Below are positions 53,542 to 64,000 of a DNA stretch of 64,000 bases, piece by piece. Within the stretch, counting starts at the first letter, position 1, and each line of letters opens with the position of its first letter. The DNA lies in contig OZ024742.1 in NCBI GenBank assembly GCA_964016885.1, positions 203,236,001 through 203,300,000 on the forward strand, given 5' to 3'. A program made the translations under genes and the position numbers. The notes under the pieces are model-generated. The model was not told where the DNA came from. It saw only the letters and a program-made list of their open reading frames with translations, and did no database searches. The stretch comes from Eledone cirrhosa. Lineage: Eukaryota.

Positions 53542-56500
53542 ATACACATATATACACACACATACATATACACACACACATATACATTAATAACAATAAT
53601 AATATTAATAATAACAACAACAATAATAATAACGACAACAACAATAATAATATACATATACATATATATATATATACACATACGCGCACACACACACACG
53701 ATAGAAACTAACAGCGCTGCGATCGAATGTGGCTTTTTAGCCCAGCCAATGATCTAAAATGTCTTGCACAGATTCGGCAACCAAAACATTCACTGGGAAT
53801 AGTCGGCTGTGTTTGAAGTTCGTTTACTTTTGCATGTCGCTTGAGCCCTCCTGCTGATTTACATTCTCTACCACATGTTTGGCAAGCAGGATGAGTAGCA
53901 TTTCCAACAGCAGCCTGGTAGTCAACAACTGGTCTTACTTTATGACTGCGAAGATGACTTTCGAGTCCAGCTTTGCTTAGGCAGAGTCTCGCACAGAGGC
54001 TGCATGTCAGCACCATAGGAGGACCCTCGCCGTCTGGAAGTGCAACAGCAATGCCCTTCCTCGCATCCCGCTTTACTTTCTCGTATGCCATTTGAGATGC
54101 CTCAAAAGCAACTTTTCCCTCATATACAGTCTCTCCATTTATTACGATCAGCAGAGATGTTAGCGTCTTTCAGAGAGGCTTTCAAGGAATCCTTATAGCT
54201 CTTTTTTGGTTTATGTGGCGGTCGTTTTCCTTTAACCAACTCTCCATAAAAGAGTTGTTTTGGTATTCTAGAATCCTTCATCCTGGCAATGTGACCACTC
54301 CAACGGAGTCGTTGTCTATACTGTCACACAGAGCTTTCCAAAATCTCGACATCACTGATGTGGTCCCTTCAGTGAACGCTATGGATTCGTCTGAGACATA
54401 TCTGATGGAAACGCTCCAATTGCTTAAGGTGGTGTCGATATGTGACCCAGGTCTCGCAGGCATAAAGAAGACAAGAGAGCACACATGCCCTGTACACCTT
54501 TACCTTTGTCCTCCTGCATATGTCTCGCCGACCCCAGAGTCGCCTTTCTAGCTTTCCGAAAGCATCACTTGCTTTCCTAATCCTAAGTGAGATTTCACTG
54601 TCAAGGTTGCTGTATCGATTGACAGTGCTTCCCAGGTAGACAAACTGATCAACCACTCCAAGTCATTTACCATACACATAGATATTTGGTACAGTGTACT
54701 GCTTACCAGGGGCAGGTTGGTACATGACGACGGTTTTCTTGAGACTGACAGTCAATCCTAGGGCAGTGCAAGCGTCAGAAAATGCATTCAAAATGTGCTG
54801 CATATCACTCTCTGTCTGCGCTACAAGATCGCAATCATCTGCATACAAGAGGTCTCTTATGATTGATGTAAACACTTTTGTCTTTGCAGCAAAGCGCCTT
54901 ATGTTAAATATGCTGCCTGAGGTTTGATATCGAATGTAAACACCATGCTCGCAATTCCTGAATGCAATACAGAAAACCATTGCAAAGTATATGGCAAACA
55001 GGGTCGGTGCTGGAATATCCCCCTGTTTCACTCCATTTTTTACTGAGATAGGTTCCGACATGTTACCTCCGACATTAACCCAAGCCTTCATGTTGTCATG
55101 GAAAGACCTAACTAAAGCAAGGAACTTATCAGGGCAACCAAGTTTCTGGAGAACCTTCCATAATGCATCTCTGTTAACAGTATCGAAAGCTTTTGACAGA
55201 TCGACAAAAACCTGATACAGATCCAAGCCTTGTTCCATGCACTGCTCCTGGAGCTGTCTAGATGAGAACATCATATCAGTAGTGCCGCGTCCAGCACGAA
55301 AACCATATTGACTTTCAGGAAGAACACAATCTGCAATGTGTGTCAGCAGACGGTCCAGAAGCACCCTACATAAAACTTTCCCTACGACAGAAAGCAATGA
55401 TATACCTCTGTAGTTCCCACAATCATTCCTGTTACCCTTTCCCTTGTACAAGACCACCATTACTGCATCTCTCCAGTCCTCAGGTACGGATTCATTAGCC
55501 CATATCCTGCCAAACAAAGAGTGAAGATGTTGCAGGATTCTCTCACCACCATATTGTAGGAGCTCAGCATGTATGCCATCCATACCTGGAGATCTTCCAC
55601 TGTTCAGCTTCGAAATAGCCACTGCAACCTCCACCAGCGTCGGAGGTTCTGCGAGAGCTACTTTCACAGGACTTTCTGGAATGAGATTGAGGAAATCTTC
55701 ACTGACGACAGACGGCTGATTCAAAAGATCATCAAAGTGCTCTCGCCACCTTCGTAGAATTCCTTGTGAGTCACGAAGAAGTTCTTTGCCATCCTTGCTG
55801 CGAAGCGGTGTCACCAGAGAAGAAGACGGTCCATAAACCTCATGCAAGAGACTGTACAACAGCTTTGTGTTATTGGAATCTGACGCAGTTTGTATCTCAC
55901 CAGCCTTCTCACTCCACCACTGATCCTTCATCTGAGAAAGACTCCGCCTAACACGTGATTTTACATCCTTGAGTTCCTCATGCAACGTATTCCTCTCCTG
56001 TGGTTTTGCCGTCAAGTAGCGTGACAGAGCACGCCTCTTATCAGCCAACAAGTCTTCTATATGTACATCATTCTCATTAAACCAGTCCTGATGTTTTCTC
56101 TGCACCAATCCCAGAACACGCCTGCCCACATCATAAACCGACTTTTTAAGTGTCGGCCAATCTTCACCAAGATCTGCAGCCTGCATCTCTTCTTCCAATG
56201 TCCTCTTCACATTTTTATCCTCAAGACGAGCAGCATTCAATCTTTTGGGCAGGGCAACACCAGGAGCCCGGATTTTACGTTTAGTGATTAGTTTCACTTT
56301 TGCGCGTACCAAGCGGTGGTCCGGCCAGCACTCAGCTCCACGAACAGCACGAACACACTGCAAATCCTATCTGTCAAGCATCCTGACTAGGACGTAGTCC
56401 AAAAGATGCCATTCCTTAGATGCAGGATGCATCCATGTGGTCTTGAATTTGTTCTTTTGTTGGAACATGGTGTTGGTAACACACAGATCCAGCTCCTCAC

Positions 56501-56593
56501 ACATCTGCAGCAGGAGCATACCATTGTCGTTACACTTTCCCACCCCATGCCTTCCGATTACATTCCATGTGTTAAAATCCCTACCCACTCTAG
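53377..56593 (-). mobile_element. 5'-truncated RTE-clade LINE (endonuclease end, RT, three C2H2 fingers, 3' stem-loop)
   Basis: TWMHP..K.WH.LDY, PDHRLV, YRGISLL, DLSKAFD, QGD, LYADD (54663-56363); zinc-finger ORF 53708-54091; (TACA)n on both sides. Confidence 0.92.
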
Positions 56594-56650
56594 ATACATA
56601 CATACATACATACATACATACATACATACATACATACATACATACATACA

Positions 56651-56683
<33 letters not shown>

Positions 56684-57256
56684 GTTTTCAACACAAAGTG
56701 CCGAATCAAATAACTTGCCAAACATGTATATCTTCGATACGTTTATTGATTGAGCCATTTGTATCTCATTAATTCTAAACACTTCTATTTAACACAGAAT
56801 GCCTTTTCCCTCCACTCCTATAGGAATTGGCTTGGATTATAGCTCAAGTTAATACGTACTTTAAGTTTCTATATAACCTCTACGAGTGATGTTGGTTTGT
56901 TTTTTTATTACTGTTTTCATTACAAAGGAATTGACATGGTTTTAGAATGTGTTCTATATAATAAAATATTTCGTTAGATGTTGAAACTGTTCATTCACAC
57001 CAGATATTTTCTGTAAGGCACCAGTTATATAGAGAACGTTGAGTAGGGATTCGATAATTTCATATTCTACATCTATTATTGGCAGCAGTATTATATACTA
57101 GATCTTTATTTGGCGTATACTTTAACCATTGTTTGCAAGGTTTTAGGACCCAGCAATGTTAGGTGCATTAGTTTCTGTATGTACTCTCCTAGGGATTAGG
57201 TGCTTATCCCTATCCAAACGAAATTAGACACAGTTATATTATTCCTATTGCTATTT

Positions 57257-57478
57257 AGGACGGTGGATTGGCAGTATCGGTAGAGAGTCGAACACCATGC
57301 TTTGCAGCATAGAGTTACGCCCTTTATCGTCTGAGTTCAAATCCCTCCGAGGCTAACTTTGCCTTTCATTCTTACGGGGTCGATAAAATAAAGTACTAGT
57401 AACGTACTGGCATCGACTTAATCGACCCCCCCCCCCCTCTCCCCGAATTACCGGCCTTGTGCCTATACTAGAAATCAT
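57257..57478 (+). mobile_element. tRNA-derived SINE
   Basis: Same family as 25491 and 36926; partial copy at 57830-57990. Confidence 0.8.
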
Positions 57479-58657
57479 TCCTGTTGCTATTTAATATTTT
57501 GTTATTGATCTAATCTATATTATTTGCTAAGTTTAGTATGGTAGAGGAATACAATTTTACGGTATGCCTATTACATATATTATGATATCGCTCTGAAGTA
57601 AGTACCAGGGATGTCCGATACTGTGTCTGTTTTGCAAATGGAGGGTTGACCCACTAAATATTCCTCTTACGTAATATATTCTTTTTTTATTTATTGCTAT
57701 TTGTGGCATTATTTTTGTTATAAACAAACATTCCCCTGTGGGTTGTAGGTGATAATTGGTTGCACACACCACGGTTCTAAAGGGCTATGTCTACTGTTAA
57801 TTTATTCATTACAATTTATGGCATAGAATTACGGCCCTTTATGATCTGAATTCAAATCCTGTCAAGGTTAGATTTGCCTTTCATACTTATGTGGTCGTTA
57901 AAATAAAGTAGCAGCAATGCACTGAGGTCGATTTAATCGATTTTACCGTTCCCCAAAAATGTTGGCCTCGTATCTAAATCAGAAACCAATATTATCGTTA
58001 ACAGACGGATCCTATTGTGTGGGTGTGTGTTGCTACTGTTATTACTACTACGCTTATCTTTATATTCATGTATATGCTGTCATTCTTCCTTATCTTTATT
58101 GATATGTTTTATATGAGACTTTCCCTTCCATTCAAATTGCTGGCCTTGTGCCTAAATTAGAAAATCTCATTTTTATCCCGTCAGTGCATTAAGTTCCTTA
58201 AGCATCTTGTATGTTAAGACTATGTATCGTTATATGGACATCGTTGGCGGGATCTCAGTGGAATCTGACCCAGCTGAGGCATTATTGGAGTGTTCGGCGT
58301 TTTGTGTAAAGATGTTTTGATTAGTGCTCAGTCGAGAGATTTTCGTTGAGTCCCCGTTAGCAATAGACTTAATAATTGTCATAGGAGGGCTAGAGTTTAT
58401 GTTGACTTAGTATAGTTTTTCTTTAGGCTTATTATAGGGTCAGCAAAGCACTTTGTACTTCAAGAGGGACAACCAAGAAATTGGTGGTTAAACACGCACA
58501 CATACACACACACACATACACACGCACATATATATAAAACAAAGAAGGTGTGGTAAGATACCAGGTGGGCCATAACGCACCAGGTAATAGGAGCTCAGCC
58601 GTCGGGGTCATGACGCTTTTCTCTCTCTCTCTCTCTCACTCTCTCTCTCTCTATATA

Positions 58658-58793
<136 letters not shown>

Positions 58794-58929
58794 TATGTAT
58801 GTATGTATAGAGAGAGAAGATAGAAAGGAGAGAGAGAGAGTGAGGGAGAGAGAGATACTATGCACATGTATATTTGTTTACATTTAAGAATACGGACATA
58901 TGCATGCAAGCTTACTCGTATATACACCG

Positions 58930-58975
<46 letters not shown>

Positions 58976-59373
58976 ATACACACACGCACGCACACACACA
59001 CACATATATACACACACACAAACACACAAGGTGAGAACAACAAACACACACACACAGTTACACAATTTACATACTCCGTATACTTCCACAAGAAGTTTGC
59101 TTCTACGAAGGAGTTTAATCAGATGGAATTAGCAATATTCTAGTGATGGCGGTTTTCTGTGATTTCTTGTGGCGTGAGACAATAAACCGTTACACATAAC
59201 TGAACTCCACTGATGAACAAATCGATACCGTTTAATACACCATTTCTTAATTAATCTCATGTAAATCACAGCATGTTTCTAACAACATTGCTGTTTTATT
59301 TTAACCCCTCCACCCTCACATGTATATATACATATATATATATATATACACACACATACGCACATACACTCGC

Positions 59374-59470
<97 letters not shown>

Positions 59471-59479
59471 ATAATTAAT

Positions 59480-62148
59480 ATATTGTTATACTTGGGGAGG
59501 GTCATATTTGTGTAATATTGCCAGAATTAATAACAGAACACACTCACTGTTTGGTTGGTTTTCACTTTTCGCTTCTGTGTCTTTTATATCGGTAATCTAA
59601 TTTATTCGGTCCTCAATGTTGCCATTGACTGACCGACGGTCAAAAATGATACAGATACAATATAGACACAAACACATATATATAATTTATCAAAGTTCTT
59701 TCGTTGCACATCTACAACATCGTCAGTGGTGCTATTGTTTCCTCCCGTTACATTGTATGTCTACGCCATTTTATTTAGTCTGTCTATATATTTATTTATT
59801 TATTTGTTTGTTTGTTTATTTTATTTTGTCTTCTTTGCGCATGCGTTTGCGTGTGTGTATAGTGTTTTGTTTGATGTGTGTTCGTGATTGGGTGACTAGT
59901 GTGTGTTTATATGTGTTTGTTGTTATTGTGCTTGTGTATGTATTTATTTATTTATTTATTTATCTATTTATTTATTTATGTATTTATACTTCTCTTAGGT
60001 CAGTGTTGTTTGTTTGGGTGTTGTTGTTATTCCATTCATTCTTTCTGTTTAGTCTTGGCCTTCTAAGTTCTATTTCACTGGCCTCTCTGATTTACCTATC
60101 TGCTGGGTCATTTCTATGTTTAGATATTATTCTAATTTCTATGTTGTCTATGTTACCGTCGTGTTGTTGTCTGGCATGTTCGTATAGTACTGACCCGTTT
60201 TTTCGTCCTTTTAGTTCCCCCCAGTGTTGGTCTATCCTTTCACCTATGCTACGAGCTGTCTCGCCTATGTATGTTGTTGTCATGTTTCTGCAAGTACCCT
60301 CTGTACATCTTATGCTATAGACTACGTTTCTAGTTTTACAGTTTATCCGGGGGTTTACCTTACATATGATACATTTCCTATTAGTACAGTGGGTTTTCTT
60401 AAAAGGGTAGGTTTTGCTGATCAGGGATTTTATGGTGGTTCCTGGCTTATCTACCACCTTAATCTTTAAGTGGGTCTTTCTCAGGGCCTTTCTACACTGG
60501 TTAGTTAATTTCCCTCCAGGGGTAGCGTCCACAAACATGACACTCTGGTATCTCTGGTTGTCGTACCATGAGGTGGCTTTCCCTATCTTATGTCTAGCCC
60601 TATCTAAGCTATTCCATGATTTGCTCCTGTATAATGGGAAAATTCCTTTCATGTCCAGTTCTATGAGGGTCTTATACTTCTCCGTGGCTCCTTCGTATAC
60701 TCTGACTCTGTATCTTTGGTTGCAGCCAGAGAACTGCATGCGGTTGATGAAGTGTTGGATGTGTCTTTCCATTTCTGTTGGGTTGCACATGCGGGACACA
60801 TTCTTCATCACTCGTACCAAATCTGCGATCAGAATATTAAACTTAGCACTACTGGACATTGCTGAGTTTTTGAGTATCAGGTATTTGGAGGCCATGGGTT
60901 TAGCATAGTGTGAGTGGAGAATTTGGGCTCTCTCGTCTATAGTGTTAATCCAGAGTTCCGTGTCTAATACAGGTAGTCTATTGTTAGGGTGTTTGGAAGG
61001 GAAGTCGATAGTTACAGTTATACTTTGGTGTATGGAATTAGCTATCTGCTGGATGCTTTCCATTGTGCTACGTTCTAAATCAAACTTGTTAGTGCTCTCT
61101 AGTGGGGATGTTCTTATAACTATATTGATATCGTCTACGTAACGAGAGTACATGATGAGGTCTATGGAGCTCTCATTAAGGAGATCTTTAAGTCTCCTTT
61201 CCCACCATACCATAAAAAGGTTGGCAACATCACCAGCTATGCTGACGCCAATGGCTGGTCCCTCATTTTGGGTGTAGATCTTCTCGTTGAACTTGAATAT
61301 GTGGCCCTTTAGGGTAGTTTTGATACTAGCCCCTATTGCATGTGCAACCATTTTTCTTACCTGATCATTGTTTTGGGGGGTCCGTATAGCTTTGGTCCAC
61401 CCAATCCACCTTCCCATGGGAGTCTTTTTTGCCATTGAGGTTATGGTGGGGGGGGGGGGGGGGTCTACCTCTTATGGGTCTACTAGGGCAGAAACGTCTA
61501 AGGTCATGGCTGTCTAGGTAGTCAGTGTCGTAGGTAAGTCTAAGTAGGAGGCCCAGTTCGTCTGTGTTGACGTCGCAGAACTCCACCTCACTCTCAATGA
61601 TCATCTCCACACATTTTTCCACAGCAAAATCAATGTTAATGGATGGGTACAGTGATACCACATCCATGCTGCCTATTATGCAGTTGGATAGGTTCCTGTT
61701 TTTGTTGCACTCATTGATTCTGCTGAGGAGGTCCTCTGTACTGTCACATACATCTGGGGACATCTTGATTATGGGGCGTATAACCATTGAGAGGAAGTAG
61801 GAGATCCTGTAGTTGCTAACTATATTAGCTCCGCATACGGGTCTTGTTGGTGGTCCTGTTTTCGGGTCGTCGACTGTCTTGTGGTCTTTGCGGAGCCCAT
61901 ACAAGGGTGGTATGTCTATATTGTATCTGTATTATTTTTGACCGTCGGTCAGTTAATGGCAACATTGAGGACCGAATAAATTAAATTACCGATATAAAAG
62001 ACACAGAAGCGAAAAGCGAAAACCAACCAAACAGTGAGTGTGTTCTGTTATTAATTCTGGCAATATTACACAAATATGACCCTCCCCAAGTATAACAATA
62101 TTTGTTTCGACACACGATTTCATATAAAAAACCTCGCAAAACTAATAA

Positions 62149-62150
<2 letters not shown>
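59480..62150 (-). mobile_element. 5'-truncated PLE (RT + GIY-YIG) with ~180-bp inverted terminal repeat
   Basis: KDHK...RPVC, SMDVVSLYP, RYVDD, PVLD, VVY...YIGET; 59480-59665 inverted at 61919-62102; frameshift at the G-run 61449-61463; tentative CTGACGA HHR at ~59690-59730. Confidence 0.9.
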
Positions 62151-62230
<80 letters not shown>

Positions 62231-62347
62231 AGTTGAAAAAAATGAAAACGAAATTTCATTTCTCACTCTTAGTATGGCACTTACTTAAATGTAAGTATGT
62301 ATGTATGTATACGTACATACATATATGTATACAGACGTACAGTAGCA

Positions 62348-62428
<81 letters not shown>

Positions 62429-62761
62429 GCATACAGGTACACATACATATATGCACGCATCAGTTTAGCCAACGTTTATTATAACGCCGGCCGCTTTGTT
62501 CGTTTGTTTGTCAACAAAGCGAACAGCCTGAATTTATGCCATACGGTGTTAAGGCAACCACGTCACCTTTTTGTTCAACACTGACACAGGAACGATGTAC
62601 TAGTTTCAAGCTTGTTAGCTATCATTCATTTTTTTCAACTTATCGTTTTCGGTATGCCTGACCGATTTAACTCACTCAATATGCAAATTAGGCTGCTCAG
62701 CCGTTAATTTTCATAAGGAAAGTATATACTTTCGAACGTTTAACTATCTGGCAGATGGGTA

Positions 62762-62806
62762 AACGGTGCTGATGATAGCTAACAAGCTTGAAACTAGTAC
62801 ATCGTT
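62762..62806 (+). ncRNA. Minimal type-I hammerhead (unit 1)
   Basis: aacggtg-CTGATGA-tagct/agctt-GAAA-ctag-TA-catcgtt. Confidence 0.88.
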
Positions 62807-62968
62807 CCTGTGTCAGTGTTGAACAAAAAGGTGACGTGGTTGCCTTAACACCGTATGGCATAAATTCAGGCTGTTCGCTTTGTTGACAAACAAACGAACA
62901 AAGCGGCCGGCGTTATAATAAACGTCGGCTAAACTGATGCGTGCATATATGTATGTGTACCTGTATGC

Positions 62969-63021
<53 letters not shown>

Positions 63022-63259
63022 TGCTACTGTACGTCTGTATACATATATGTATGTACGTATACATACATACATACTTACATTTAAGTAAGTGCCATACTAA
63101 GAGTGAGAAATGAAATTTCGTTTTCATTTTTTTCAACTTATCGTTTTCGGTATGCCTGACCGATTTAACTCACTCAATATGCAAATTAGGCTGCTAAGCC
63201 GTTAATTTTCATAAGGAAAGTATATACTTTCGAACGTTCAACTATCTGGCAGATGGGTA

Positions 63260-63304
63260 AACGGTGCTGATGATAGCTAACAAGCTTGAAACTAGTACAT
63301 CGTT
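63260..63304 (+). ncRNA. Minimal type-I hammerhead (unit 2)
   Basis: Identical to unit 1. Confidence 0.88.
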
Positions 63305-63466
63305 CCTGTGTCAGTGTTGAACAAAAAGGTGACGTGGTTGCCTTAACACCGTATGGCATAAATTCAGGCTGTTCGCTTTGTTGACAAACAAACGAACAAA
63401 GCGGCCGGCGTTATAATAAACGTCGGCTAAACTGATGCGTGCATATATGTATGTGTACCTGTATGC

Positions 63467-63525
<59 letters not shown>

Positions 63526-63579
63526 TGCTACTGTACGTCTGTATACATATATGTATGTACGTATACATACATACATACT

Positions 63580-63775
<196 letters not shown>

Positions 63776-63846
63776 ATATATATATATGTATATATATGTA
63801 TATATATATATATATATATAGAAGTGGTTACACAACAGTTAGTTCA

Positions 63847-63896
63847 CCATACTGAGAACAATTGTTTCACCTTAGCGGATCCTCTGCTCGGAATGG
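63847..63896 (-). ncRNA. Hammerhead with CAGAGGA core variant
   Basis: Reverse complement: ccattccgag-CAGAGGA-tccgctaaggt-GAAA-caattg-TT-ctcagtatgg. Confidence 0.65.
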
Positions 63897-64000
63897 GCAT
63901 GGTTATAGGAACAAGAAGGATAACCGTACGAACGTGCATGCGCAGAAACCCGGTCACTTCACGCAGGCAATACTAGACTGCGTGCGAGAGGTGTAAGGGA

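Overview
AT-rich, microsatellite-saturated eukaryotic DNA. The SINE/LINE/Penelope mix looks cephalopod (Octopus-like); this is an inference. No host protein-coding gene is supportable, and nearly all short ORFs are (TA)n/(CA)n/(GA)n artefacts. The window holds Tx1/L1-like, CR1-like, RTE and R4-like LINE pieces, tRNA-derived SINEs, non-autonomous Helitrons and many Penelope-like elements (PLEs), one with an uninterrupted ~850-codon RT+GIY-YIG frame (27053-29605). The main hidden signal is about 20 type-I hammerhead-ribozyme (HHR) motifs found by eye. Many have non-canonical cores (UUGAUAA with a U3:A8 swap, CCGANGA, CAGANGA) or large stem-II insertions. Four unrelated non-coding elements carry an HHR in >1-unit tandem arrays with periods of about 438, 498, 616 and 697 nt inside (TA)n, the architecture expected of retrozyme-like circular RNAs mobilised by PLE RT. 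Many PLE ends are fold-back inversions that break inside the HHR, and several unrelated families share a GAGTGCT motif near the 3' end. All folds were done by hand and none is experimentally validated.
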